Assembly (NCBI GenBank): GCA_038087875.1
Contig: CM075980.1
Span: forward strand, 14,880,001 to 14,944,000
Length of the DNA: 64,000 nt
Reading direction: 5' to 3'
Source of the DNA: Malacoraja senta
Lineage: Eukaryota
Positions within the stretch are counted from its first letter, which is position 1, and the number at the start of each line of letters is the position of its first letter. Made by a program: the position numbers and the translations under genes. The notes below the pieces were generated by a model. The model did not search any database and was not told the origin of the DNA. It was given only the letters and a program-made list of their open reading frames with translations. Shown here one piece after another: positions 38,853 to 52,009 of the stretch.

Positions 38853-39770
38853 GTGAGAACTGGCTCATTGTTATGTTTCTTTCGAAACGTAAATTAAGTA
38901 AGAATTGATGAAGTATCGCTGTACTTTGAATCATTATTGCACTTTGAGTGCCAACTGCATCAGTAAGAACAATTAGATTTTCTGCTACATTATTTTAAAT
39001 CCTCTCTTCTGTTTCGCAAATTATATCATCCAGTTTTCATTTCTTGTCCCCAGTACTAGGATATTTACAGGCCAGTTTCTTGGATCTGATCAATGAGTCT
39101 CCAAGCCATGTATTCTTGTAAGACCAAACTATTGTAAGATACCACTTGAACCTACAACATTTGCAACAGATTACAATTATGTCCACACATTACATCATCA
39201 CATGCAACTACTTATTTATTTTTTTACAGTAAAGACATATCAACACGTTCCAAAACATGTCCAAAACAGTGCATGTATGGACCAAAGAGCTGAATAATAA
39301 TACTGTGTAACAATTTATTTTATTCCTCTTCACGACTGCATCAGATGGTAACGTCAAAAATGAATTCCCACATACCATTACTGATCACACTTTACAGAAG
39401 TGAGTCTGGTGCATGAACCACATGGAGTCTCAGAGGAACAATCAAACTTCTCCGTTCTGACTCACAATTATAGTTAACACATTACAATGTGTTTCATTTT
39501 TATTGAGTTCCGTTTCTGTCAGTAAAGTGAAGATTTCTCACTGTCGTAGCTGATGGTGTAGAGTAGAGTCATGCATGGAAATAGGCCCTTCAGCCCAACT
39601 TATCAAGCATCATGATTCTGTCTATTACACTGAACCCATTTCTAAGCGTGATCTTAATTTCACAAACTCTTCCCACCACCGGGAGCAATGTTACAGTTAA
39701 TAAAAATACACGTGCCAAATATCATGGTACACACTATTGTGCTCAACAGTCTCTATCTTTCTGTTTCCAG

Positions 39771-39866
39771 TATGTGCCTCCACTTATTCCTCCCCGGGGA
39801 GAGGTGAATGCAGCTGATGCATTTGACATAGGATCATTTGATGAAGAAGACACAAAGGGCATTAAG
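39771..39866 (+). CDS. GRK3: GRK3 exon 17: [32 protein letters not shown]
   Basis: tttccag acceptor, gtattg donor, 96 nt; AGC C-tail. Confidence 0.97.
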
Positions 39867-40184
39867 GTATTGCCTGCAAGTTCAGAACAGTTCTCTAAAA
39901 GTTGCTCTTGGACTCTTAGAAAAAATGTGAATGCTCATAAAATGTAAAGTGCCAACGGCATAAATGGCGCTCAATAATAATCAGTTGCTAGTGGTGCTTT
40001 TGAAGTGGTTGGTACAGGTGTCTTTCCTGTAACCCGTTGATGCGGGTAGCTGCTTTGTAATGAGTGGTGCTTAAACAGTCACTTTGCAGCTGTGTCGTGT
40101 GGGTGGCACCTGTATTATCAGAAAATGGTGACAATTTGCAACTTCCCTCAGTTGTTAACCATACACAGAGCACAGAACCAAGCT

Positions 40185-40415
40185 CTTTGGCCCATCTCAT
40201 CCATGCCAATCAAGTTTAAAGCTGAGCTCGTCCCATTTACTTGTGTTTGGCCCATATCCCTCCAAAACCTTTCCTACCCACGTATGTCTCAATGTTCTTT
40301 AAACATCACCATTTTACCCATTTCTACAGCTTCCTCTGGCAGCTCGTTCCATATACACACCATTCTCTCCGTTAAGAAATTGCCCCTCGGGTCTCTTTTA
40401 AATCTGTTCGCACCT
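40185..40415 (-). mobile_element. CR1 3' end
   Basis: tttggcccatatccctccaaa...cctctggcagctcgttcca. Confidence 0.7.
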
Positions 40416-40691
40416 TAGTGAAGGAAAGACAAATATTGTGCTGATTTTTAAAAGAATGTTCAACAGAACGTGCTTTCAGATGGCAATCCTACAGAATTAT
40501 AAAATAAACAATCCAGTGTATTATGGAGTAATATGCTGAACAAAGTACAATACTGTATATCGACAGAAGTTAAAAAGGAAATGCGAATATGGTTCTTATC
40601 AAACAGGATTCACAGATTTAAATTAATAACATATAGCGTGGGAGCTTCATTAAACCTTTAATCGCGTTCATAGCAAAAAAGTCTGCACCAG

Positions 40692-40976
40692 TCAACCTAT
40701 GTTAATAATTGTTTCTTAATCCTCTTTAATTTTTGTTGCCGCACTTTTTTCCTTTTGGCTCTTATTTTCCCTTACCCTTTCACCATTTTCTCTTCCCCCT
40801 CCTTGTGTTCTCTTCCTCTTTCTTGCTCTCTCCATCCATATATATTTTCTTCACTGTCTCTATTGTCTTCTGTTTTTGGCTTATCTCAATTCTTGCTCTC
40901 TCTATCATGCACATCTCTTCTTCCCTTCTCCATTTTCTACTTTTCCCTCCCTGCATTTCTTATTTCTCCCTCACAG
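40692..40976 (+). promoter_or_regulatory. Very long polypyrimidine tract / AG-exclusion zone before exon 18
   Basis: no AG dinucleotide from 40692 to 40974. Confidence 0.75.
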
Positions 40977-41139
40977 CTGTTGGATAGTGATCAGGAGCTC
41001 TATAAAAACTTTCCTCTGGTGATATCGGAACGCTGGCAACAGGAGGTGGCGGAAACTGTGTACGATGCGGTCAATAGTGACACTGATAAAAACGAGATCA
41101 GAAAGAGAGCAAAGAATAAGATGCTTGGCCACGAGGAAG
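40977..41139 (+). CDS. GRK3: GRK3 exon 18: [54 protein letters not shown](D)
   Basis: tcacag acceptor, gtagga donor, 163 nt. Confidence 0.97.
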
Positions 41140-41830
41140 GTAGGAAAGTTGATTTCAATATCTGATAGATCATAAACCAATTTCTATTGCATTGTAAAAT
41201 TATTGAAAATGCTACAAAGTACTCAGTGTGATTTAGATGACTTTCTACTAATGCACACCAACTGCTGTATATTTCCTGAATTTCACACTCTATCAATTAA
41301 TGGGATTTTTTGTATATATATATATTTTTATTTCTCATGCATGCTCCACGACTCATGCCAGGAGGATTGATATTGCATGTTAGTGTTCATTAGAATTCAG
41401 TTTTAATGTTTCCACATTTATAAAATATCAAGCCTCTTCCATCGCTTGATTACATTGATGCTTTCCACAGATAAATTTTGGGGCCATGAATTACAGATTC
41501 AATCTACTCTTTGTGTGAAGAAGTGATTTCTAAATTACCACAAATGGCCAGGCTCTAAATATTATATCTTGGACCTGCTCACAGTTGCAGTGATATATCT
41601 TTATCGACTTACCACTCCTTCATTCATTAGAATTCATCTTGAACATATCAATTTTGTTTTCCATTGAAATTCTGTGCCTAGTGCCAAAGACACTCCAGCA
41701 AAGAAAGAATGAAGATATCAGCATGTCCTTGTTGGTCACAGCAGTCTATACTAGATTCACAGAAGGAGGGAGCCACCATTTCGATAGGGCAAAGTGAAAG
41801 AACCAAGCGAAAAAGTCATTAGGAAATCTC

Positions 41831-43186
41831 GTCAAGTCAAGAGAGTTTATTGTCATGTGTCCCAGATAGGACAATGAAATTCTTGCTTGCTGCAGCACAG
41901 AATATTGTAAGCATAAATACAGAACAGTTCAGTGTGTCTATATAGCATAGACCATATATATACACATAAATAAGCAGATAAAGTGCAATAGGCTGTTATA
42001 GTTCAGAGTCTTAAAGAAGGAACTGCAGATGCTGGAAAATCGAAGGTACACAAAAATGCTGGAGAAACTCAGCGGGTGCAGCAGCATCTATGGAGCGAAG
42101 GAAATAGGCAACATTTCGGGCCGAAACCCTTCTTCAGATTGATAGGGGGTGGGGAGAAGAAAGGAAAAAAGGAAAAAGGCGGAGGAGGAGCCTGAGGGCT
42201 GGGGGAGGGGAGGAGACAACCAGAGGGCTGATGAAGGGGAGGGGACAGCAAGGGCTAGCAGAATTGGGAGAAGCTAGCCCTTGCTGTCCCCTCCCCTTCA
42301 TCAGCCCTCTGGTTGTCTCCTCCTCTCCCCCAGCCCTCAGGCTCCTCCTCCGCCTTTTTCCTTTTTTCCTTTCTTCTCCCCACCCCCTATCAGTCTGAAG
42401 AAGGGTTTCGGCCCGAAACGTTGCCTATTTCCTTCGCTCCATAGATGCTGCTGCACCCGCTGAGTTTCTCCAGCATTTTTGTGTACCATAGTTCAGAGTC
42501 TGTTTGTTGGCGAGTTTAATATCCTGATGGCTGTGGGGAAGAAGCTGTTCCTGAACCTGGATGTACCAGATTTCAGGCTCCTCCTGTACCTTCTGCCCGA
42601 TGGTAGCGGAGAGATGAGTGCATGGCCAGGATGGTGTGGGTTCTTGATGATGTTGGCAGCCTTTTTGAGGCAGCGACTGCGATAGATCCCTTCGATGGTG
42701 GGGAGGTCAGAGCCAATGATGGACTGGGCAGTGGTCACAACTTTCTGCATTCTTTTCCGCTCCTGAATACTCAAGTTGCCGAACCAAGCCACGATGCTAC
42801 CAGTCAGCATGCTCTCTACTGTGCACCTGTAGAAGTTCGAGAGAGTCCTCTTTGACATACCGACTCTCCGTAATCTTCTCAGGAAGTAGAGGCGCTGATG
42901 TGCTTTCTTTATAATTGCATGAGTGTGCTGGGCCAGGAAAGATCTTTGGAAATATGCACACCCAGGAATTTGAAGTTCTTGACCCTTTCCACCATCGTCC
43001 CGTTGATATAAACGTGCTTGTGGGTCCCTATCCTACCCCTTCCAAAGTCCACAATCAGTTCCTTGGTTTTGCTGGTGTTGAGAGCTAGGTTATTGTGCTG
43101 GCACCATTTGGTCAGTCGGTCAATCTCACTTCTATTCTCTGACTCGTCACCATCAGTGATTCGTCCCACAACAGTGGTGTCGTCAG
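41831..43186 (-). mobile_element. Rex-Babar LINE, 5'-truncated (RT C-half and 3' UTR), interrupted by a PLE palindrome
   Basis: DDTTVVG, LNTSKTKELIVDF, FKFLG, FYRCTVES, RFRNSFFPTAIR; (CTTGA)n tail. Confidence 0.9.
42012..42487. mobile_element. Near-perfect palindromic PLE insertion
   Basis: ATAGTTCAGAGTCT at 41998-42011 and 42488-42501; arms 42045-42259 and 42273-42487; 13-nt loop. Confidence 0.93.
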
Positions 43187-43401
43187 TGACACAGTCGTCT
43201 TCGAATGTATGTAAATTAGTGCTTAATGTTTGGTCTATTGAAGTGTTGTGGAAATCATAATCACTGGGGAAAATGTAATTGAAACCAACATTAGGATCAA
43301 CCATAATCTTACTGAATGGTGGAGTCTTAAGTGATGTCATGATCTATCCTGATAGTATTGTAAGTTCTAAGACCTGGACTAATATCATCTTTTATATGCA
43401 G

Positions 43402-43538
43402 ATTATGCCTTGGGGAAAGACTGCATCATGCATGGTTATATGCTGAAATTAGGAAACCCTTTCCTGACACAGTGGCAACGTCGTTATTTCTATCTTTTTC
43501 CAAATCGGCTGGAATGGAGAGGAGAAGGCGAGTCACGG
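43402..43538 (+). CDS. GRK3: GRK3 exon 19: [45 protein letters not shown] (PH domain start)
   Basis: atgcag acceptor, gtaagc donor, 137 nt; translated by hand. Confidence 0.97.
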
Positions 43539-43682
43539 GTAAGCACGTTTGCCTGACAGAAAAGAGGAAATTGTTTGTGATCAGGCATATGATTGTCCAG
43601 ATTGCGACAAAAGAATGGAGGTTTAATCAAGATTAATGCTTCATTCAGGATATTTGAGTATTAAATGTAAAGAGCACTGAGG

Positions 43683-43839
43683 TTCGATAGAGCTCTTAAA
43701 GATGACGGAGTCAAGGGATATGGGGAGAAGGCAGGAACAGGGTACTGATTGTAGATGATCAGCCATGATCACAGTGAATGGCGGTGCTGGCTCGAAGGGC
43801 CGACTGGCCTACTCCTGCACCTATTGTCTATTGTCTATT
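43683..43839 (+). mobile_element. CR1 3' end
   Basis: ggctcgaagggccgactggcctactcctg hairpin and (CTATTGT)n tail. Confidence 0.8.
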
Positions 43840-44749
43840 AGGAAAGGTAAGCTTCTATTTATCTGGTTCAAGAGTGTTTCTCAAAAATAGAGGCAGGACC
43901 GTCAAAGTGAGAACTCGCATCTTGTATTATTAGAATAATTTATCACAAATAACTGAAAACAATGATACATGAATGATAGGTCAATGGCTAGTGGGGTATT
44001 AATTACATTCTGCAGCTCCCCTTCATTTATTTTGTTTTCAACTTATTGAAGAATTTAAATCAAAATGGTAGACACACAGACAAGTGCACAAACAGAATTG
44101 TGTTGGTAAGTGTAATGACTTCATTGCGAAACAGTTTTTCTAATGATATGACCTGTTCTTCATTGTGACATTTCCCTTTAGTTGTATGATGTAATTCTGT
44201 GTGGTGAATTATCAGGCCATAAAGATCAAAAGTTACTGCATGGCTAATTTTGAGTTTCTTGCTATCTTACATTTTATAGATTTGTGCATATTGCTTCAAA
44301 GAGGTATTAATTTTATGAATCAAATTGGCTGAATTAATATTAGCATCTCGCTTTATTCATGGGATTAGGAAAGGCTGCATAACAGATGGGCACATGGATA
44401 GGTATCCTTTACATCTCGGACGACTGTTCCCATGGCTTTTTTTTTTTAAATCGAAGCATATTTTTAGTCCCTCAGAGGCAGACTGCATCTTTGACATCTA
44501 CCAGGACAATGTGTATGGCGTTATATATTTTTCACATTATTATCAATAAAATTGTAAATGCAGAAGATCATTCCACACATTGTATTTGTTCAGTGACTGA
44601 AATATTTCCACATTTCAGCATTAGTTAGTTCAAAAACATCCAAAGGATTTGTGTTCGCTGTTCCATTCAGAAATCTATTCCACGTATTGAGGAAATATTT
44701 CAATTTAACAATTCTAAATTTACTATTTACTGTTTCGCTTGTCCAATAG

Positions 44750-45203
44750 TTGACGGAGAAGTGTGAGGTTGCATTTTGGGAAGTTGAGCTAAGGCAGGAC
44801 CAACACAGTCACCCTGTTAGAGGAAAGATGTTGTAAAGCTGGGAAGGGTGCAGAGAAGATTTACGAAGATGTTGCCAGGACTTGAGGGCCTGAGCTTTCA
44901 GGAGAGTTTGAACAGGCTAGAACTTTATTCCTTGGAGCGCTGGAGGATGAGGGAATCTTATAGAGGAATATAAGATTATGAGAGGAATAGATACTGTAAA
45001 TGCACAGTAGTCTTTTACCTAGCGGAATCAAGAACCAGAGCACATAGGTTTAAGATGAGGGGCAGCTTTTTTTATACAAAGTGGTGGTAGGTATATCGAG
45101 CAGGCTGCTGGAGGAGGTAGTTGAGGCAAGTGCTATCACCATATTTAAAAAAACATTTGGACAGGTACATGGATGGGATAGATTTAGAGGCATATGGGCC
45201 AAA
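44750..45203 (+). mobile_element. CR1 3' fragment with internal deletions
   Basis: KCEV.HFG, VQRRFTKMLPGL..LSF.E.L.RL.LYSLE. Confidence 0.75.
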
Positions 45204-47145
45204 CGACCTGTATCTTTACTTCAGCTCCCTATGGGCCTCCACCAGCGACTCCACTGATCCTCCCTCCCCTCCGTCTACCAGCGGGCTGGAGCCGTTCGCT
45301 CACCTGAATTCCAGGCTCAGCACCGGGCTCACAGCCTCCATGCTGCAGACTCCAACACCACGTGGTCTGACTCTCCAGGGTCCAACTGCTCCCCCCCCCT
45401 CCTACAGGGCACCTGAGTCATGATGGGCCTTCTCCCACACCCCACCCATACAATAGTCCTTGTGCCCCCCTCCTCTCTGAACACCCACCATCCCCCCACC
45501 AGACCTCGCCTCGGCCTCTGTCCACTCCCCAGCCCTTCTCTGACCCCGACCCCCACCCTTTTCGTGTCTTCACTATCCCCCCTGACCACCCCCTTTCCGA
45601 TACGGAATGGTCTGTCCTCAACAGAGGCCTCACCTTCATTCCCCTCCGCCCCCACCTCAACGAGTCCCGTGTCTGCCACGACATAGAGCCTTTCTTCCGT
45701 CGCTTCCTCCTCCGTTCCTTTTTCTATGGGAAGGAATCCACACCACCCAGTGATGACCTTTTCTCCCGTCTCCACTGGTCCCCCTCCTCTTGGACTTCCC
45801 CAAAATGGCTTTTTACCCTCTCTAGACCTATTTATTTCTAACGACCGGCGTCACATCAATCGTCTCAACTTTTCCACTCCCCTTACCTACTCTGACCTCA
45901 CCCCCTCTGAACGTACAGCCCTCCGCTCACTGCAGCAACCCAGACATTATAATCAAACCCGCCGACAAGGGAGGTGCCTTGGAAGTCTGGCAAGCCAGCT
46001 CTCGTACACCTCCTCCTACCTATCCTTGGACCATGATCCCACGGATGAGCACCAGGCCATAATCTGACAGACCATTTCTGATGTCATCACTTCTGGCTGT
46101 ATGTCATTCCACAGCCTCCAACCTTATCGTTTCCCAGCCCCGCACATACCAGTTTTATCTACTCCCCAAAATCCATAAATACAACTGCCCTGGCAGACCC
46201 ATTGTTTCTGCCTGCTCCTCTCCCACTGAAATTATTTCCCTGTACCTCGACTCCATCCTATCCCCCATGGTCCAATCTCTCCCGACCTATGTCCAAGATA
46301 CCTCACATGTCCTTCGTCTCTTTAATGACGTCCACTTTCTGAGCCCCCACTACTTCATCTTTACTTTGGACGTTCAGTCACTTGACACCTCCATCCCCCA
46401 CCAGGAAGGCCTTAAAGCTCTTAATTTCTTTCTCAACGGCAGAACCATCCAATTTCCCTCTACTAACACTCTACTCCGCCTAGTGGAGCTTGTCCTCACC
46501 CTTAACATCTCCTTCGACTTCTCCCACTTCCTCCAAGCAGCTTCCTGCAAAGACTATCCCCTACTCCCAATTCCTCTGTCTATGCCGCATCTGTGCCCAA
46601 GATGAGGCATTCCATGCCAGGACATCCGAGATGAGGCATTCCATACCAGGACATCCTCACTCATGTCTCCTCGGTACCCCGCAGCTCCGCCCTGGCTCCC
46701 CCTTCCCCCTAGATGCAACAGAGACAGTCTCCCTAGTCCTTACCTTTCACACCATTAGCTGTCACATACAGCCCAGTGGAATGAATATTGATTTCTCTAA
46801 CTTCAGGTAGCCTGGCATTCCCTCTCTCTCTCTATCTCTCCCCCACCCAAGTCGCACCAGGTTCTCGTTTTCAACCAACAAAGAGCTAACAATGGCCTGT
46901 TTCCTTTATCATCGTAACTTTTTGCATATCTTTCATTCATGGTTCTTTATCGCTCTACTTCCCAACATCTCCCATCGTCTATATCTCTTGTTTTCCTTAT
47001 CCCTAACCAGTCTGAAGAAGTGTCTCGACCCCGAAACGTCACCCATTCCTTCTCTCCAGAGATGCTGCCTGTCCCGCTGAGTTACTCTAGCTTTTTGTGT
47101 CTATCTTTAGTTTAAACCAGCATCTGCAGTTTACTTCCTACACAT
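45204..47145 (+). mobile_element. Penelope-like element with RT N-half, large internal deletions and intact 3' end
   Basis: LNRGLTF.P, IIKPADKGG, FYLLPKIHK..CPGRPIVS, TLDVQSL.TSIP; core at 47012-47040; tail ...CCAGCATCTGCAGTT. Confidence 0.88.
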
Positions 47146-47793
47146 CATGCATTTAAATGATGTGTTCTAAATATTTTTGTATTATTTATGATCTTATGTA
47201 TCCCTACAAGATCTTTTCACCGATACTTAGTTTCAAGACTGATAAGCTGAAGTATATCTAGCTATCCCTCATTACTCAAATCTCTAAAGTGGGAATCATG
47301 TTTGTTCCTTTTGCATCATCAGATCAAAATCTGATCAGAACTGGAAACCTATACTAGGTGTGGTCCGATCAAAGCCTTTTATAATCTGATCATGCTGCTT
47401 TCATCCTGTAGTGTTGTCTTGATGAAATAATGGATACATTTATTTGTCTCTTTTCACAGCCTCATCATTTCCCATGAACATATGATTTTGTTTTTTATGT
47501 GTAATTGCTGTTATTGAGCAAGCATAACAAGGGACTGCAAGCAGCAGTTATTGTTTTGATAGTGATCAGGCATAAATAATGTCCAGAATACCAAGAGCTT
47601 AGCTGGGGTCCTTCACAACGTGTGTCTTTTAGATTCATTTGAATTATCTGATATTTAACTTTTCAAGCCAAATACATCAGCAGCAGCAACAAACTATGCT
47701 GTTAGTAAATGCGTGGGTAAATGGCAAAATACAGTGCCCTCCATAATGTTTGGGACAAAGACCCCTCATTTATTTATTTTCCCCTGTACTCCA

Positions 47794-50700
47794 TGTCGAT
47801 CAGTGCCACTCATCTTATGAGTCATACTTTGTAGTTACGCCCAGGCTGGTGTTCAGCTCGCTCCTGCTGAATCTATTCGAGACCCTGACTGCCTCCTGCG
47901 CAAATTCCGACATTTATGTGAGTTACGTACCAATTTAGTTATTGAGCGGCATTTGTTTTTTTCACGGTGCCAAAGACAAGGAGAACCTGTGGAGTTGTAC
48001 GTCAGTGCACTGAAGCACATCGCAAGTTGGTGCGATTTCAGAGATATATGTGATAGCCTCATCCATGACCGTTTGGTTCATGGCATCTGCAATGATAAAT
48101 TACGCGACGAGCTACTGCGGGATGCTGACCTTACTCTAGAGACTGCTGAAAATCGCTGTCACATTGCTGAAATGGCTGATGCTCACATCAAAGTTTTGGG
48201 ACACTACTGCTCGTGAAATCAATGCTGCCGGTATGTCTTATCAAATCTCGCCTAGTTTTCCTCAAGTGCCTGGTGCCAAGTTGAGACTGATTGACAATTG
48301 CTTTAACTGTGGGGGTTCACATGCTGTTGTTCGTGACCGTTGCCCTGCGCATGGAAAATTATGTCGATTTTGCAACAAAAGAAACAATTTCCTTAAGTGC
48401 TGTCGTTTACGTAACAACAGAGTTCAAACAAGACAATCTGTTAATTCGCTTGGCCGTGAAAGCTCTTTCTCAGAATTCTCTCAACCAGCTCCCATGGATT
48501 TACAGGCAGCTGGCGAATGTGTTGATGTTGATGTACATGCATTGTCTCATTTAATGCATAAACAACTAGACCCCAAGATCGCTTTGCTCATTAATGGCAA
48601 AGCTCTTTATCTGAAAGTAGATTCAGGGGGCCGCTGCAGCGTCATTTGCCTGGCTGTATTCCAAAAGTTACGAAAAACAGAGATTGTTTCTCCAACGGCT
48701 GCCTCCCTTGTTCCATTTGCAGGAGGTCGAGTGCACCCTATCGGTCAAGTTGAGTAACGCTGCTGTCTTAACTCACGTGTCCACAACCTGGATTTCTATG
48801 TGGTTCGTGAAAATGTGCCGTCTCTGCTGGGTGTCAACGCATGTCAAGACATGGGTCTGTTTGCTTTCAGCCCTTCTGTTTGTCATCTGACTACAGACTG
48901 TGACTTTAACCATCAAATCCTGACATAATACAACATTTTGGTTGACGATAAGCTGGGCAGGTTGCCTGTCAGGTATACGATTACCATTGACCCTGAGGCA
49001 ATTCCAGTTGTTCGTCCAGCTCATAAGATCCCCCACGCTATGCGGGATCGTGTTCAAGGTGAACTTAACAGAATGGTGTCTCTAGGTGTGATTGCTACCA
49101 TCGCTGACCCCTTGGATTGGTTCTCCACTATGGTCGTGGCTACCAAGAAGAATAAAGACGAGATACGGATTTGCATCAACCCAAAGGACTTACAGCAATT
49201 AAATGACCCCACTATCCCATGCGCACTGTGGATGAGATTGCTGTGCAGATGGCTGAGGCAACTTTATTCACGGTGCTAGATGCCAAGAGTTCATTCTGGC
49301 AGATTTCCCTGGAACACAACTCCTCCAAGTTAACCACTTTCAGCACTACGTTCGGGCGTTACTAATTTCTTCGCATGCCCTTTGGAATAAGTTCTGCTAG
49401 TGAAGTATTTCAACAAGCTATGGAGCAGTTGTTTGCAGGCTACCCATGCTCCATCGTAGTGGATGACATCCTCGCTGCAGGACGAACGGTCGAAGAACAC
49501 GATGCCAATCTGACGAAGGTCTTGGATCGTGCCAAGGCCATCAATCTCAAGCTGAACTCTCAAAAATGCAAATTCACGGTGAATGAGGTGAAATACATAG
49601 GCCATGTATTTACCAAAAACGGCCTAAAAACGGATCCAGCGAAAACCAGTGCTATCAACGAGCTCCCAGCACCCACAGATGTGCTAAGTTGGTATGGTTA
49701 ACTACTTGAGCAAATTCATTCCGGGTTTCAGTGAAATATCAGCCCCATTGCACCAGCTTACACACAAAGACACTGCTTGGACCTGGCACGGGCAACAACA
49801 AATGCGTTCGACACTCTTAAGCAGCAGATGTCTTGTGCTCATAATCTTGCTTACTTTGACCCTAAACTACCGGTCACACTGACTTGTGACGCCTCACAAC
49901 ATGGACTGGGCACAGCATGTCTTCAAAATGATGGTAACGGCAATAAGCCTGTTGCCTATGCCTCGCACACCATGACTGACACAGAACAACGGTATGCCCA
50001 AATTGAGAAAGAGCTGTTGGCGGTTGTTTTCGCCTACAAGAAATTCAACGATTTTATCTTTGGACACACGGTCACGATTGAAACTGACCACCAACCTCTG
50101 ATCAGCATTTTTAACAAACCAATCCACGCCTCTCCAGTGCACCTACAGCGGATGTTGCTGCAACTTCAAAAATACGACATTGTTCTGATCCACAAACGCG
50201 GTAAGGATATGCACCTGGCTGACACTCTCTCGCGTGCACCCCGGAAGACCTGCGAGGATCCGCCCTGGCCGGATGATGACTTTATCGTAATGGCCGTGTC
50301 TTTTATCCCCTCGTCCTGTATGGAGGACTTGGTTGCCCACACTGCTGCTGACAGTACTGTACGGTCGCTTACTTCCGTCATTAAGCGCGGCTGGCCAGAC
50401 AAACACTACAACATTCCGCTGCCAGTCCGGCCTTTCTTTGCCGTCCGTGATGAGCTAGTGCTGCAGGATGGCATTGTCTTAAAAGGACACAAGGCTGTGG
50501 TCCCTGCTTCGCTGCACAACAAGTATTTTAACGCTGTCCATGCAGGGCACCCAGGCGCTGAAGCTACTGTCCTACGGGCAAGAAGCATGTTTTACTGGCC
50601 AGGCATGGCCGACTACATCACCGAGAATGTGGCATCCTGTGCAGTGTGCAACAGCTTGGCACCTCACCAACAAAAGCAACCACTTCTTTCACATCTGGTT

Positions 50701-52009
50701 CCTGCACTCCCGTGGTCTACAGTGGCAGCTGACATATTTGAGTGGCATGGCAAGCAGTACCTCGTACTCGTCGATTCGTATTCAGGATGGTTTGACATTG
50801 ATCTTCTCAGCAGCCCCACTTATCGCGGGTTGGTTTCGAAGTTAACTCGCCATTTTTCAGTCCACGGATCTCCGGGTAGACTGTTAACTGACAACGGCAG
50901 TCAATTTACCAGCCAACACTTCAGGGAGTTTGCTACACGCTGGAATTTTCGCCACATTACCAGCAGCCTTGTATATCCACAGTCGAATGGACTGGCTGAG
51001 CGGGCTGTCAAGAGTGCCAAACAGCTCATGGAACGTTCACACAGAGCTATTTCCGACGTGTTCCTGGATCTGCTCAACTTACGCAACATCTCCCGTGACC
51101 CCAATTCGGGTTCATCTGCTCGACGTTTATAGTCGAGGCAGACCCGTGCCATGGTGCCTGTGGCAGATCAGGCATTGATCCCACAGGTGGTTCCACCTGA
51201 GGAGGTTCAGTCCAGGTTACAACAAAAGCGTGACAATAAAAAACAATGCATTGACAAAACAAGTAGGCCACTGCCACCATTGACCAAGGGGCAGGTGGTT
51301 CGTTTACAGACTGACAAAGGCCATGACAGTATTGGTGTGATTTCTGGAGTTGCTTCTGAGCCACGCTCGTATATGGTCAGTGCCGATGGCGGCACCTACA
51401 GGCGTAACAGACAACATATCCTGCCTGAGAACGAGCCAGTTCCACCTCCGTATTATCCAGACCATACAAGTATACTTCCGTCTGTGTCTAGCGGCACTCC
51501 TCCTCCTATGCCAGCACAACAACCCACGTCTGCAACGGCTCGTTTGCCATTGATGACTTCGCCTGCTCCACAGTCTCCTACTTCGTCTCCGGGAATGCTG
51601 GTTCATTCTCCCTCACTTGTGAAGCCACCTGCTCTGTCCCCGGGGGGAAAGAACGGAGATGGTCTTTATCGTACACCTGCTGGTCGTGTTTGCAAGCCGG
51701 TTGTGAAGTACCCGGGCTATGTTTGACTTTCCTCCAGTTTATTATCAATTGCTATGCATGCTTTACTTAGTTAATGGTTTTGTACTGATGTTAATTCTTT
51801 AAGAGGGAGGATGTAGATCAGTGTCACTCATGTTATGAGTCATAATTTGTAGTTACGACCACTAGCTTTACAGTAACCCTCCCTGCCTGGTTCCAACATT
51901 ATTAGAGAAACGTACTAGCATGAAGTTACCGATGCTGTAACGTTAATAAAGTCTTTGGACCTTTATCACGGTGTAAGGCTTCAGTTATTTGGACAGCGAC
52001 ATCACAACA
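47794..52009 (+). mobile_element. Gypsy LTR retrotransposon (Mag-like); 5' LTR remnant 47794-47839, 3' LTR 51812-52009
   Basis: 5-bp TSD CTCCA at 47789-47793 and 52010-52014; TG...CA ends; PPT AAGAGGGAGGA at 51801-51811. Confidence 0.95.
47840..51726 (+). pseudogene. Disrupted gag-pol: two Zn knuckles, protease (VDSG), RT (VVDD), RNase H (CDAS, TDHQPL), integrase (HHCC, D-D-E)
   Basis: ORFs 47953-51726 in PR-RT-RH-IN order with several stops and frameshifts. Confidence 0.92.
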
